64,000 bases of DNA from the human T2T-CHM13v2.0 reference genome, Homo sapiens (GCA_009914755.4 CP086569.2:14208001-14272000), one strand, 5' to 3'. Counted from the stretch's first letter, positions 46,562 to 63,074 are shown. Translations and numbers: made by a program. Notes: generated from the sequence alone by a model not told the origin.

Positions 46562-49500
46562 ATTTCCTGCAATAAAATAACTGAGCTTCCTACCCTACCA
46601 ATTCTGACACATAAAATTAACCATTTCAAAATAAATTTTTAAGGCAAGTTTTAAGTTTAATCTTCAAATACTTTCAGGAAGGACAGTCTCTGTTTTAGAC
46701 TGAATGGTAGCTTTTTGTTCCTTGTAGCCATTTGTATTGAGTACCCGGTTTGGCCACATCTAACTTTTTCAGGCTCAAGGGATAAAACAGAATAGAAACA
46801 GCCTAATTCCCTATTTTACCCAGCTGATTAAATAAAAAGTAAAGGAAATAATTTAGAATATATAATATTAGATTATGTTTTGATACGGACCTTACAGAAA
46901 AATTTATGAGAGAAGAGGGTAGAGAATGCTGGAGACAATAGCAAAGAGTTACATTATGAACAGAAAGATAATAAAAAGCTGATATCCTTGAGATTGTGAT
47001 ATTTGATGAAACTCCTGGAGGAGGATCTGAGAGAATAATGAAGATACAGTCGCCCTTTGTATCTATGGGTTCCCACATGGGTGAATTTATCCAACCATTA
47101 ATCAAAACTATAAGGAAAAAATATATAATAATACAACAATACAAATAATACTTATTTTTAAAAGAGCATAACTTATTTTGAGGAGCTAACTTTTGTATGA
47201 TAATCAGGACACAGCTATAAGAGAAATCAAGAGGAAATCAAAAGGAAAAGCTGGTAGATTGTACAAACTGCCTGTATCACACAAATTTCTTATTTTCCTC
47301 ACTCAATTCCTACTGATCAAAAACAAAAGAAAACTGAAATGTTAGTCCAGCATTGTTCAACCTTCATTTTAGAAGGTTTATTAACAGGATATATTCCCTA
47401 ACTTTGAAAACACAATGTCCAGTGAAAGAATTAAGACACTAAAGGTCACATACTATAGTATTCCATGTGTATAAACTGTCTATAATATGTTAATCCATAC
47501 ACATAGAAAACAGATTGGTGGTAAGTTATCCAGGGTTAAGAGAAGGGAAGTGACTGGTTAACTTACTGCTGCCACCCACATTGAACACACAGGCAGACAG
47601 ATTCACATCTTACCATAGTATCACAACTTACCAGAGCAAAAGGCAGTGAACAGAAACTGCTGCTGGAACCACTAAGAGAAAAACCTAAACTGTAACTGAA
47701 AAACTGATGGATGCTCAGTTTTTGAGAGTTAGAAGCTTCAGGGAGGCCAAGCCTTAGGGAATCTCCATATTTTTATAAGTTTTACCTCCAGAAGCCCTAA
47801 TAGGATCTTACAGTAAAGACTAGAAAACACACCTCTACAACTTCTAACAGGAGAAGAGGCAAAGTAAACATTCTGAAATGTTTCCTGAGCATCCGTTCTT
47901 AAAAAGGCATGACTCAGGGAAATTACTGTATTATTTGGCCAGAGCCTAACACAGCTAGGGTTTTACTATAACCTAAACAACACGACAGACAGAAAATACT
48001 CAATGCCAAGCCTCTCTAGCCTTCCTGCTTGTTTAATGGGGAATAAAAAGCTGACCAGCACTTGTGAAGGAATCAGCCAAAAGGTAAAGTCTCATTAAAA
48101 GACAGGCAACTAATACAGAACACTTCCTTCCCACACACTTTATCACCTCATCACACTTTATCACATCAACAGAACACTTGCAAAATATGAGGGAATACAA
48201 GTGAAAGCATAATCCCACCCCCAAGTATCAATCCCTTATTCTGTAACCTGGCTGCTGCCTCCTTTGTCTGTGGTAAGGCAGCTGGCAGGTTTACTAAAAG
48301 CTTGCCTGAACTTGGGTCTTGCTCTCTCTCTTGTTTTTTCTCTCAGCTGACCTTACAGAAACCAACCACAGACCCAGAAAACTTAGGAGAATATCCAACA
48401 ATATAAATAACAAAAAATACTACAATACACATCTATATGTAAACTGTAAAAAAGCAAAGGCAATGAAAAAATTCTGAGAAAAATTAAGGAACAAAAAAAC
48501 ACCCCAGCTTAACTATGGAGGAGCCAAGTTAAGAATTACATCTGACTTCTCTTGTGAACATATGCACTAAAGGAATGAATATTTCTGCCCACCCTTACCG
48601 CCCAATTCCTATTTTGAAACTGAATCACCAAGGTGAAATTATTAGGAGACTGGGCTTTTGGGAGGGGATAAGATCATAAGGTGTACAGCCCTCATGAGTG
48701 AGATTAGTGTCCTTACAAAAGAGGCCTGAGAGACACTCCTTGCCCATTTCACCATGTGAGGACACAGCAAGAAAGTAACATAGATGAACCATCTCACAAG
48801 ACACCAAGTAGGCTAGCTCTTGATCTTGGACTTCTCAATCTCCAAAACTGTGAGAAATTTCTTTGTTATAAATCACCTAGTCCATAGTATTTTGTTATAG
48901 TGTTCTGAATGAACTAAGACTCCATGCAAAAGAGAGACTAGACAGAAATGTTTAAAGTATTGAAACAAAAACCCAAACTGGAATTTCAGCAAAATTACCA
49001 TTCAAAAACCAGGAAAAAATTTTTCTCAGACAAACAAAAACTTGGAGAGACTTCTGTAACTAGAACACATGGCTAATAGGAGAAACCATGAGAGATGAGG
49101 AAAGGAATGGGAGCTTTTTTACTTTTTGTGTAATTTTTCCTATATACCGAACACAGCTCTAAAAATTAAAGTATATTAGTCAATAAAAATAAACAAAGTT
49201 TCAAGAAATTTATATCTGTATATAAAAAGAAATTTATATCTGTATATAAAACCTTAATAGCTCTACTGTGCCATCAGATAAAGCAGGTCCTTCAGTGAGG
49301 CCTCACTTTCATTCTACTAAGGGAGGAAACCACCCCTCATATTGTCTTATGCCCAATTTCTCCCTCCAAAGAAAGAAGAAGTAAAAACGCAGAAATGAAA
49401 TCCACAGGCAGACAGCCCGCACCCTGGGCCTAATTAAAGATCGACCCCTGACCTAACTGGTTATGTTATCCATAGATTCCAGACATTGTATGGAAAAGCA

Positions 49501-51015
49501 CTGTGAAAATCCCTGTCCTGTTCTGTTCCATTCTGATTACTGGTGCATACAGCCCCCTGTCATGTACCGCTGCTTGCTCAATCGATCACGACCCTCTCAC
49601 ATGGACCCTCTTAAAGTTGTGAGCCCTTAAAAGGGACAGGAATTGCTCACTTGGAGAGCTCGGTTGTTGGAGACATGAGTCTTGCCTAAGCTCTCAGCCG
49701 AATAAAGCCCTTCCTTCTTTAACTTGGGTGTCTGAGGGTTTTGTCTGTGGCTTGTCTTGCTACACTACCTCTTCATAAGCTATTCTCCAGCCACTCCTTA
49801 ACCTGCCCTTTCTCCTTGCAAATTCCTTCAATTATCTGGGTCTCTAATGTGCTGGCCCTCCCAAGGCACTTGCTCATGTCACATTGTATTACAATTCATG
49901 GTAATTTAAATTCTGCTAGTCCTTTCCTTCCACTAGAATAAATATTGAACAGCTTGCATGGTAGCGGTGTTCTCCAGGGAATATGTGCAAATATTACTTG
50001 AAGATACTTTCTAAAACATGTCATTATGTCTTATTGAAATAGCAATGAGATTTGGTGTAACTGTAAAGTAATAATTGTTTTTTCCCTTTTCCTCTGATTT
50101 CCATACTACCTAATGTAATTTATCTGTACACTAGCTTTAACTACAACAGTCCCTCATATTCGTAGGGGATATATTCCTAGACCCTCACTGGATGCCTCAA
50201 ACTGTCAATAGTCCTGAATTCTCAATATTTTTTTTTTGATCTGATAACTGAGGGACAGCAACTAAGTGAATAAAGGGTAGGTAACGTGTACAGTGTTGAT
50301 ATGCTGAACAAAGAGATGATTCACATCCTGGTCAAATGGAGTGGAACAGGACAAGATTTCATGACACTACTCAGAATGGCATGCAATTTAAAATGTATGT
50401 ACTGTTTATTTCTGGAACTTTCCATTTAACAGTTGCCCCCAGGTAACTGAAACCACAAAGAAAGCAGTATCGTGAATTTATAATACTGTAAATAAACTTA
50501 CATGCACAGACTAAATTACCACGTAGTCCAGACATACCTCATTTTATTGTGCTTTGCTTTACTGAACTTCAAAGACACTATGTTTACTACAAATTGAAGG
50601 TATGTGGCAACAGTGGATATCAAGCAAGCAAGTCCATCTGTACCACTTTTCCAACATAATGTGTTCACTTTGCATCTCTGTAACTCTCTCAATTGTTTGA
50701 AACTTTTTCATATTGTATCACTGATTTGTAATCAGGGATCTTTGATGTTACCATCGTCATTGTTTGAGGGCACCACAGATAGGGCAGCACACTTAATTAA
50801 CAAATGTTCTGTGTTCTGACTGCTCCGCCATCCAGTCCTTCTATTTTTTTCCCTCTCTTCAGACCTCCATATTCCTGTCACAAAAATATTAAATTAGGCC
50901 ACCTAATAAACCCTACAATGGCCTCCGAGCATTTGAATGAAAGGAAGCATTGCGTATCTCTCACCTGAGATTTGTGGATTAACTCATAACTTTGAAAGAA
51001 GTTCTACTAGGGATT

Positions 51016-51314
<299 letters not shown>

Positions 51315-52825
51315 ATCTCTCCCTTTAAATCCAAAGCTAGAACAATTAAAGTTAGTGAGGAAGGCATGTCCAAAGCCAAGACAGTCATAAAACTAGCCCT
51401 CTTGTACCAGTTAGCTGAGTTGTGAAGGCCAAGGAAAGTAAAACTGTTACTCCCATGGACATACAAATGTTAAGAAAGCAAAACAACCTTATTGATGATA
51501 TAAAGAAAGTTTTAGTGGTCTAGATAAAAGCTGTCTCATCACTGACAATATTCCCTCAAGCCAAAGCCTAATCCAGAAAAAGGGTGTAAACCCCTCCTTC
51601 AAATCTATGAAGGCTGACCGTGGTAAGGAAGCTGCAGAAGAAAAGTCTGAAGCCAGTAGAAGTTGGTTTATGAGGGAGAAGGAAAGAAGTCATCTCCATA
51701 ATATAAGTAAGTGCAAGGTAAAGCAGCAAGTTATCCAGAAGACCTAGCTAGTATCATTGATGAAGGTGGCTACACTAAACAATAGATTTTCAATGAAGAT
51801 TACAGTGGAAGAAGATGTGATTTAGGTCTTTTCTAACTAGAGAGAAGTTAACACCTGGTTTCAAGGCCTCAAAAGACAGGCTGACACCTTTGTTAGGAAC
51901 TAATAAGGCTGGTGACTATAAGCTGAAGGCAATGCTCATTTATCATTCTGAAAATCCCACAGCCCTAAAGAGGTATGCTAAATCCACTCTGCCTGTGCTT
52001 TATAAATGGGATAACAAAGCCTGTGTGATAGCCCAACTGTTGACATCATGGTTTACTGAATACTTTTAAGTCTATATGGATAGCTACTACTCAGAAAAAG
52101 AGATTCCTTTCAATATACTATTCCTCATTAAATATACATTTGGTCATTCAAGAGCTCTGACAGATGTAAAAAGAGATTAAATTTGTCTTCATGCCTAACA
52201 CAGTATCTATTCTGCGGCTCATGGATCAAGAAGTAATTTTGACTTTAAGTCTTATTATTTAAGAAATACATTTCATTTCATAAGTCTATATATAACTAAC
52301 ACAGACAGCAATTCCTCTAATAAAGCAAAGAAAAGGGAAAACTTTCTGAAAAGGATTCAGTCATTCAACATGTCATTAAGGACTTTCATGATTCATGGGA
52401 GGAGGTCAAAATGAATGTGGAAGAAGTTGATTCCAATCCTCATGGATGACTTTGAGGTGTTCAAGACTTCAGTTGAGGAAGGAACTACAGATGTAGAAAT
52501 GGCAAGACAGTTTGACAGGTGGAGCCTGAAGAAGTGACTGAATTGCTGCAAGTGCACAACAAATTTTGAATGGATTAGAAGTTGTTGTTTCAGGGATGAG
52601 AAAAGAAAGTGGTTTTCTGAGAGGAAATCCACTCCTGGGGAAATGCTGTGAACACTAACTACTGTGATACAAACAAACGATTTGGAATATTACATAAATT
52701 TATTTGATAAAGGCAGTGGCAAAGTTCAAGAGGATTGACTCTAACTTTGAAAGAAGTTATATCATTGGGAAAACATCAAATAGCATGGCATCCTACAAAG
52801 AAATCTTTCAAGAAACAAAGAGTTT

Positions 52826-53190
<365 letters not shown>

Positions 53191-53706
53191 TCACAGTAGC
53201 AAATATCGTTGTTGTCTTAAGGGGTCACAGCCACTTCATCAGCAAACACCATCCTGATCAATGAGCAGTCATCACCATAGAGGCAAGACCGTCTACCGCC
53301 AAAAAAATTATGACTTGCTTAATGATCACAGGCTTTCTTTTTTTAAGCAATAAAATATTTTCAAAGTAAGATGTTGTTTGCTTACACAAATTATAATTGC
53401 AAACTGACATAATATAGTGTAAACATAACTTTTATATGCACTAAAAAATAAAACTAAATTAGTGTGATTGGCTTTATTATGATACTCACTTTATTGCAGT
53501 TGTCTTGTATGAAACCTGTAAGATGTCCAAGGTAGGCCTGTAATGATCCTGGTATCACTTAAAAGTTTTATACTCTTATCAATTACTTAAATTACTTTTT
53601 AAAGACAAAGCCATTCTTTAAATTTCTATCTTTTTAGAATGTACACAAACTAAATAAAGATAAACTACTATATAAGAGCCAAGAAAGCAGCTAGTCCTTT
53701 TTTTAC

Positions 53707-54102
53707 CTGAGCGGAGTTAGATAGCTGTTTTCTCCATGGCTCTTCTGTGCTGCTGTTCAGGTCTGTATGATTATGAGGTAGAGTGTGTGTATTTTGCTGC
53801 AGGTAAGGCACATTTCCATTACTTTCACTTCCTGCTATACAATTACTGCCTAGCAAGATAGTGTCTGTACTTCCTAGAATTTTTGATGTGCCACAAGGAA
53901 TACAGCCTGCAGAAAAAGCTCCACTGGACAAAAGTTTTTCAACACAAGCAGGGCGAACTCCAGGCTGAGAGACGCTAGATACTCTGGTCAGAGCACCATG
54001 TGGTTGTCGATTAGAGACAGAGTTTGTAGGCAGTGATGAATCAGTTATGGCCCCGTTATGAATTCCAGTAGTTCGTACCTGAGCAACTTCTTTGTGTCTC
54101 AT
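53707..54102 (-). CDS. UTY: UTY in-frame exon, 396 nt; encodes [30 protein letters not shown]...[14 protein letters not shown] (132 aa)
   Basis: Acceptor tttttgtttttgaag|ATG and donor GTAAAAAA (plus 53701-53706). The ATG is an internal codon, not a translation start. Homologous to the UTX MRPTGVAQVRSTGIPNG... exon. Confidence 0.88.
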
Positions 54103-54530
54103 CTTCAAAAACAAAAAAGAAAAACTGCTGTGTAACTTTGAAAATGTGTAGTTCATACATCTCTAATTTCATATAACATTTCATGTCTCTAAAAAAACAT
54201 ATAGACAATAGATCCACTTTAATATATAATTCCTATAAAAAGAAGAAAGGTGTTTCAGTATGTAAAGAAATCGGCCTTTATTAACAGCTCAAGGGCAAAA
54301 TAAAGCTGCTAAAGATTATAAATAATGATTCAAAAACTTACAGGCCATTTTTCCTTCATGAAACAGAAGATTTCAAATTTCCATTCAGTTTACATTCTTG
54401 TCAAATCCTTCAAATCAATCATTTGGATCTAAGTTAATCTGAGTATATTTCCTTTTTAAAAAATTTGTCCATTACTAACACATATGTAAAACTCAGATAT
54501 ATACATCCCATGAAATATACACAGAAACTA

Positions 54531-54722
<192 letters not shown>

Positions 54723-54859
54723 CTAGAAGAAAAGAGATTAATATAATCAAAGTTTAATCTAAAATTTAAGACAATATAAGGCAACTCCTCACTAAAAAGA
54801 CTACACAGAACCTTTGCAGGATGAAAGACAGTGATTCCTAATGAACGTTAAGATAGTGA

Positions 54860-55160
<301 letters not shown>

Positions 55161-55224
55161 GATAGTGATTCTTAACCAATGTTACTCAAGCTCAAAATCC
55201 TTTAAGAAGTCTGAAAAAGTGGAA

Positions 55225-55535
55225 AGGCGTGGTGCCTCATACCTGTAATCCCAGCATTTAGGGAGGCCGAAGAGGGCAGATCACGAGGTCAGGAGATCGT
55301 GACCATCCTGGCCAACATGGTGAAACCCCAACTCTACTAAAAATACAAAAATTAGATGGGTGTAGTTGAGCATGCCTGTAATCCCAGCTACTGCGGAGGA
55401 TGAGGCAAGAGAATCCCTTGAACTCAGGAGGCGGAGGCTGCAGTGAACCATGATCACATGTCACTGCACTCCAGCCTGGCGACAGAGTGTGACTCTGTCT
55501 CCAAAAAAAAAAAAAAAAAAAAAAAGTCTGAAAAA
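55225..55535 (+). mobile_element. Alu
   Basis: Alu consensus followed by a long polyA. Confidence 0.9.
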
Positions 55536-55973
55536 GGCAGTAAAATCTAAAATTCTGAGGAAAGCTGTTTTGTGTGGTTTTAGTTAAATGTATTATGGGG
55601 AAATAAAAATTCAAAGACAAAGCTATTTAGCTTAAAACACTTAATAATAAAAATGCTTAATGCAACATTATTTGTAACAGAATTACTGAAAAACATGTAA
55701 ATGCCCAATAGTTGGGATCTGTTTAAATAACAGATTTGCCCCACCCATGCAATCATAAATCAAAGAATAGAGAAGCAATACACAGACACAGAAAGATCCT
55801 CAAGATACATCTTTAACAAAAAAACTAAGATCCTAAAATATTTGTAAAAGTGTACCTACAATTCTATTTTGAAAAGACAAACTTGGAGATCACACCTGGG
55901 CAACAAAAGTGAAACTCCATCTCAAAAAAACAAAAGACAAAACCAAACCAAAAAAAACAACAAGAGAGACTTG

Positions 55974-56262
55974 GCCAGGTGCAGTGGCTCACACCTGTAA
56001 TCCGAGCACTTTGGGACACTGAGATAGGCACATCATTTGAGGTCAGGAGTTCAAGACCAGCCTGACCAACATGGTGAAACCCTGTCTCTACTAAAAATAC
56101 AAAAAATTTAGCTGGGCATGGTGAAGCATGCCTATAGTACCAGGTATTCGGTAGGCTGAGGCAGGAGAACGGCCTGAACCCAGGAAGTGGAGACTGCAGT
56201 GAGCTGATATCATGCTACAACCTTCCAGCCTGGGCAACAAAGCAAGACTGTCTCAAAAAAAA
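55974..56262 (+). mobile_element. Alu
   Basis: ggccaggtgcagtggctcacacctgtaatcc... Confidence 0.9.
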
Positions 56263-56580
56263 AAAACAATACACAAACACATTTGTTTGTACATGCACAA
56301 TTTACATCTCTAGAAAAAAACTGTTAACATTGCCTGTGCATGAAAAACTAAAAATAGGTGGCTAGAGGTAGAAACTGGAAGGTGCCTTCACCTTATGTCA
56401 TTTAAGTTTCCTCTCCTCTCACAAAATGGATTCTGATTCCTATTATCCTGGAAAATGTGGGCTCGTTTTAATTATATTCATATTAATTTAGTTAATCATC
56501 ATTCAATTAATACCTAAAAAACAACATTTACTGTTTCTACTGCTTTCGAATTGGGGGAAAGATCGTCAAAGAATTCATAC

Positions 56581-56673
56581 CTGTAATTTCTGTGGTGTCA
56601 AACACAACGAATAAACTTGCTGTACTGGATGATGTGAAAGACTCTGGCCACCATTCCAGTTATCAGAACCATT
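56581..56673 (-). CDS. UTY: UTY in-frame exon, 93 nt; encodes [31 protein letters not shown]
   Basis: Acceptor ttttccttag| and donor GTATGA. Phase 0/0. Homologous to [35 protein letters not shown]. Confidence 0.88.
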
Positions 56674-57167
56674 CTAAGGAAAATTTAGTGTAAAAGATTA
56701 AGAATATTTGCTTAATTTCATACACTTAGAGTTATGACTAGTGAGAACCAAGTGACTAGGAATCGGAATAGGTATATATATGACATCCTTTTAAATCATT
56801 AAAAATTATTAAAAATGCATAATTAATTCATAAACTTACACATTTAGAAAAAAAGGACCATATTTAAATTACGTCTCAAAGAGGTAGAAAGGTGGTCTAC
56901 TACTATTCAACATTCAGTTTATTTCATTGTCAGAAGTGATGGTAAAAACTGTGTTAAAATTGTAAAAGCAGGGAAATGAATAAAATGACGTGATGAACAC
57001 AAACTTATCCCTACCTTCTATATTTAATGTGATGCAAAGATTATGGAATAGAAATACTGCTTCACTTTCTGATGTCCACAAGCTTAAAATACAGTCCAGG
57101 CACAATTTCAGAAGAGTTAGTTTCATTTTTGACTGGGATTTTCCATATCTCTAAAATGTATATATAC

Positions 57168-57323
57168 CTTTGTTGGACTAGATGTTCTTTTCTTCTTGGC
57201 AGGACTGGACAGGCCTTCTACTTGGCTAGAAGTAATCATGTGTAGTGACAAGGATTGCTGTAAAATTGGTGTTTGACTGTGGTTTAATACATGTTCAGTA
57301 TTTGGATCATGAGCTCTATAAGC
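57168..57323 (-). CDS. UTY: UTY in-frame cassette-type exon, 156 nt; encodes AYRAHDPNTEHVLNHSQTPILQQSLSLHMITSSQVEGLSSPAKKKRTSSPTK
   Basis: Acceptor ccttag| (plus 57324-57329) and donor GTATAT (plus 57161-57167). Phase 0/0, with an open frame throughout. Matches the alternatively spliced KDM6A/UTY exon containing ...LNHSQTPILQQSLSLHMITSSQVEGLSSPAKKKRTSSPTK. Confidence 0.8.
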
Positions 57324-57686
57324 CTAAGGATCACAGAAGTAAGATAAAAATATGGTTCTACATATTCCTAATTCACTCCTTCAAATTATAAAACTTCATA
57401 TACTTTTCAACACTATGCGGACATCATTGATGGTAATTATTCAAAATTATAATCAAATGAATCATCAAGGGAGCAATGTGTGTCTTCTTCAGAAAAGTTT
57501 CATCTTTTAAACTTAATAAACAACTATAGAAATGTCACTTAAGAAATTACTTTCTAATTATGAGAATATACAAAGGTTTAAACTGGCACCCGTATTCCTT
57601 CCCATATCAGAGGGAATTTTATTTTTATTTTCTAAAACTCTTTAGAATTAAAAAATTTTTATTTTTTAATTAAAAAGATTTCTCTA

Positions 57687-57926
<240 letters not shown>

Positions 57927-58470
57927 CTAGGAAAAATTATGTAAAAAGCAAATTTAACACAAGCCTACTTGAGTAAGAGCAAGTCCACTAAATCTTCCTC
58001 AGGGTTATAGGTATTTAAAAAAAAATTCTAAATTTGGGGATTTTAGGTAGATGTTAAATATAAAGAGGGCAACTAGAATATTCTTTGGAGAATCAGAACA
58101 AACACAAGCTCTATTTTTCAGTTCTCACAGATATCTTCTCATGAAATTTTAAGCAAGAGTGAAAAATGGCATTTGTTATTTTCTCTACAATGTTATGAAA
58201 AGTTAAAAATGCAGATAAGCACACTGAAAAAGTTCATGCATAGTAATGTAAAATGTAAATATGCATCAATAAAGTAAATGTGCAAAAGAACATAGTTTAC
58301 ATACTGCATTTCACTTAAAATTAAATGAAAAATAATACCACAAAATATTACAAAATATGGAAACAAGGCAACATCAAAACACAAATAGACAAACTTGCCA
58401 GCCACCCTTCTCCTGCCAATTATTATAGGAATATACGTGTCATTTAAAATATACTATTTAAAATTTTTAC

Positions 58471-58690
58471 CTGTAGAAATTTAATTCTTGCAGCAAGCGT
58501 AGAGGTATTACTACAACGTTTGCTTCTAGCTGCATTTAGGTAGCATTTAATGGCATCTTGAGGTTGATTGCAGGATTCATAGAGAGTACCTAGGTCCATC
58601 CAGGCTGCGGCATGCCCATGGTCCAATTGTACAGCACAAATATATGCCTGTAAAGCATCCATAGGCTGATTTTGCTGCTGATACAACACA
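58471..58690 (-). CDS. UTY: UTY coding exon (TPR repeat), 220 nt; encodes [73 protein letters not shown]
   Basis: Acceptor ctttccag| (plus 58691-58693 ctg), donor GTAAAA (plus 58465-58470). The frame carries over from the previous exon's GG. The protein is that of UTX/UTY TPR repeat 8. Confidence 0.9.
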
Positions 58691-58749
58691 CTGGAAAGAA
58701 AAAGAATGCTGTCAAAAACTACTGGTTACTTTCGTTCGTTTATTTTTCT

Positions 58750-59042
58750 GTTGTTTTCAGACAGTGTCTCACACTGTCTCCCAGGCTGGAGTGAAGTGGC
58801 ATTTCCATGGCTCACCACACCCTTGACCTCCCCAGCTCAAGCAACCCTCCCACCTCAGACTCCTGCGTACCTGGGCCTATAGGACATGCCACCATGCCTG
58901 GCTATTTTTTTAAATTTTTTTCATGGAAATAGAGTGTTACCATATTGCTCAGGCTGGTCTTGAAACCCCAGACTCAAGAGATCAACCAGGCTCAGCTTCC
59001 CAAAGTGCTGGGATTATAGGCATGAACTACTATATCCAGCCA
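58750..59042 (-). mobile_element. Alu (J-like) occupying most of the 443-bp intron between UTY exons 58471-58690 and 59134-59232; sense orientation relative to UTY
   Basis: ...cagacagtgtctcacactgtctcccaggctggagtgaagtgg...ggattataggcatgaactact... Confidence 0.88.
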
Positions 59043-59132
59043 GTTAATTTTATATTACTATACAGTATATTAGATGTTTCAATCATCCAGTGTATCAAGC
59101 GAGCTTCTACTGCTTTTATATATATAGCCTTA

Positions 59133-59402
<270 letters not shown>

Positions 59403-61612
59403 TTAATCTCTATTGTAACTTGCTGTTAAATACTGTCTTGAAAGAGCTAGTACGTTATATTAATAAACTTTTCTGAAACTATTGAAGATTTCTTCAATAC
59501 TATAATATTGAGGGTTAAACATAAAGCTCTCTATTTACACAAGTTTGAACGCAGGCTTCCTACATTATAAGAACAGAGTTAAATCTAAAGAGAAAAGTAC
59601 CTTTGATAATGACTTTTATATTAGGATTTAATAGTCCCCTTCCACTTAGTAACACTCAGAACAATCATTCTTTGTTATCTGTGTGACTTGTTTAAAAAAG
59701 TAAATCTATTGTAAAAATGATCAACATGTAATTCTCTACATATAAAGTTTTTAACTTTATATTCTTTATGATGGAGGAATTCTATGTGTGTGCATATGTT
59801 ACCAAGAAGCCATCTGTATAATTTCACTTTATTATGACATTAAATGATACAAAACAGCAAAAACCCTACAATATCTTTACTGGTACAGGTACTATAGGTT
59901 GATCACTCAATCTCTTCTAACTTATGTATCCCAAACAGCTGGGAACCACAGATTAAAACAGAAAACATGAGAAGAGGCATTTCGTATAGGTTTGAAAAAT
60001 ATGTGCAAATATTACTCAACCTACAAATGGAAATTTTTAAATCTAGGCTATCAACTTGAGATATGTATTTTAAAGGGCAAGTAATATGATTAAAATGAAA
60101 ATAAACGTGTACCGACAAAACCATATTAGACACTGGTAAAGAACTATAGGGGAAATAACAGAAATGGCAAGACAGAAAAAGATGGGGAAAAATAATCAAA
60201 CTTAAGGATTAATAAAGACTTGATGATGTGATTAGAGAGTAGGGGTTGGGGGGGCAATTGTTATAAGCCTGGTTCACTGGGAAAACAGCAGTTATCATTT
60301 AAAAATGAACAAAAGAAAACACACACACAAATCAGGAAAGTTGCTAAAGAACACCATGAAGAAGGTTTTTAAAAATGCTAATTTAGATGTGATGTGAGGA
60401 CTTTGGTAATGTTCAGTAAAAACAACCAGATGTGGTACCGAATTATAAGCTAACTTAAAGTCAGAGATTTTAATTTGGAATTTACTCATATGAGAGAGTG
60501 ATTTAAGAACACAGGATGCATGTAAGAGAGGTGTAGAAACATGTCTACAGAATGAGTCATTAATGGGCTGGGAAATACAAGAAATGCCAGTAACTGAAAC
60601 AGAGATATTTAGAGGATGCATACAAACTGTTGTGGGGGAGGGGAGTTGTTGATAAGAAGATACTTAATGACAATGTAACAGCGACAGACACCAGAAAGAA
60701 TGTGAATATGAATAGAAAAGAAAGAAATTTTCTTAAAACCAATTTCAGATTATCAGACAAATCTGGCTAATACTGGAAGAAATAAGCAGTATTTTCTCAG
60801 ACCAACATTTTCCAATTCCATTTACAAAAAGTGCAAACTAGAAAGCCAATGCACTGAAACACAGGTCTGAGTCCAGTCACCAAAAACTTTCCCTTTAATG
60901 CAACATGTCTAGGCTCCTCTGTGGTAATCTAGAGTAATACAAAAAGCACAGGGTATATTTGAGTTGCAACTCTTTCTCTGATAATAATTACATGTCACCT
61001 TGAGGAAAACATTTTATTCCTCTGGACTTACTTCCTACATCTATAAAATGAAAGAGTGAACAAAGGTATTCCCCTAATCTCTTCCAAATTTAACATTACA
61101 CACAGTTCTGTGACTCCAGGAGACTATTTTAAGTGAGGCAATAACCAGTGTCATTACAAATGTATTACTACATCCCCATTTCACTTTGATATGTACAATC
61201 CAATTGAAAAGCTAAATAAATATTCAACACAGCCCTAAATAATGACAAATTATCAGATGCCTATGTGTTTTACTAACACCCAATGTCCTTATGCAGAGCT
61301 TTAATAACTTTTAAAGTATAACTTTTAACACATCATTTTTTCAGCACAAATCACATTAGAAGCATTAAATCAGAAGGCAGTAGATGAGACTGAAAAAGGT
61401 AAAAGCAAAGAAAAAATTTTCCATGAAACCAAAGCAGGTTAATTACCTTCATCTGAGAAGTCAAGAAAGTTTTCTGTGAAAATTTTAGCTAAAAACATTA
61501 AAACCAAACCACACCCCAATGCCTTAAATTCATATGACTCAGGGAAAGCCCTTTGTCAATACTACTTTCCTTACAGAGCTATAAAAGTATATTATTGAAA
61601 CTAATTTTACTT

Positions 61613-61905
61613 CCTTTTTTTTTTTTGACATAGAGTCTCACTCTGTTGCCCAGGCTGGAGTGCAATGGCAAGATCTCAGCTCACTGTAACCTCTGCCCCT
61701 GGGTTCAGGTGATTCTCCCGCCTCAGCCTCCCAAGCAGCTGGGACTACAGGCATGCACCACCACGCCCAGCTAATTTTTGTATTTTTAGTAGAGACAGTG
61801 TTTCACCATATTGGCCAGGCTGGTCTCCAACTACTGGCCTCATGATCCACCCGCCTCGGCCTCCCTAAGTGCTGGGATTACAGGTGTGAGCTACTGCACC
61901 TGGCC
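61613..61905 (-). mobile_element. Alu
   Basis: Poly-T then ...gagtctcactctgttgcccaggctggagtgcaatgg... Confidence 0.9.
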
Positions 61906-61909
61906 TTCA

Positions 61910-62175
61910 TTTTGTTTTTTTGAGACAGGTCTCACTTTGTCACCCAGGCTGGTGTGTAGTGGCATGATCACACCTCACTGCAGCCAGCCTCCTTCCTCAC
62001 AACCTCAGCCTTCCCAGTAGCTGAGACTATAGGCGGGCACCACCACACCCAGCTAATTTTGGTATTTTGGGTACAGACAGGGTTTCGCTATTTTGCCCAG
62101 GATGGTATTTGACTTCTGAATTCAAGCATTCCAGCCTCTTTGGCCTCCCAAAGTGCTAGGATTATAGACATGAGC
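61910..62175 (-). mobile_element. Alu (older), in tandem with the previous Alu
   Basis: ...gagacaggtctcactttgtcacccaggctggtgtgtagtgg... Confidence 0.85.
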
Positions 62176-63074
62176 CTGAAACTGTAATCTTAAGCATCTT
62201 TCATTACATTATCTTATAAAATGCTACAAGAAGTAAACAATAACAACTATCCTTTACAATAATGAGATATTCCAGTACTATAACAAAACATGCAACGAAT
62301 CTTATTCTTGAAAAAAAAAGCAAAAAATGTCCTGGTTCACAGTCTTTCTATTTATAGTAAAAAGAACTGCTCAAATATAATAAAACTTAAGGCCACAGAC
62401 CAATGTTTACACCTGCTCCGTTTGGTAATTAACCTCTTTTAATGTTACTGTATTAAGGCAAAAGCTAACAGTATATAACAGTGCCGGCTCTAAGCCTAAA
62501 TCCTACTTAGTTCACTTGCTCTATTTAGTAACAAAACTATTGCATTGAGTAATAAAGCCAGGTTGCTCAAAACACTTTGTTGTGCAATGCAGATACAAAA
62601 AAGATTCAGCTTCTCCTGAACTTGAGTGGTGGGTCAAGTCAAAGTTTGGAACTCTCAAGTTTTGTATTACTAGCAACCCAAGGTCAAATATTTTATAAAC
62701 CCTAGAGTTCTTCATTACAAAAACTTTACCACAAAGCATTAACTTCATTTTTATTATTTATCATTAACAGAAGACCAATATTTTTAATAAGGAATAATCC
62801 TAACAATAGTCTCCCTTTAATATAAATATGCTTTCCTTTCAAAAAAAAAAACATTGTACACAAAGTTAACAGAAAAACTAAATTTGAACATGTCTGCATG
62901 TCAAAGTTACACAAAATGAGCTACCCTATGTAAAAAAAAAAAAAACCAAAATTTACCACTGAAACAAATCAGAGCAATTAAATTAAGATATAACCTTGTT
63001 TTGAAAAGGTGCCTGACAGTTATAATTGAATCCTCTCAAGAGTTAAGAAAAATTGAGATGTCAAGTAGTTTATT

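Noticed and set aside
53668-54156. 162-aa minus ORF beginning MNYTF…/MRHKEV…
   Set aside because: The exon proper is 53707-54102. The ORF extension beyond the splice sites is intronic read-through. The ATG at the exon start follows an acceptor AG and continues …LMQQ from the previous exon, so it is not a start codon.
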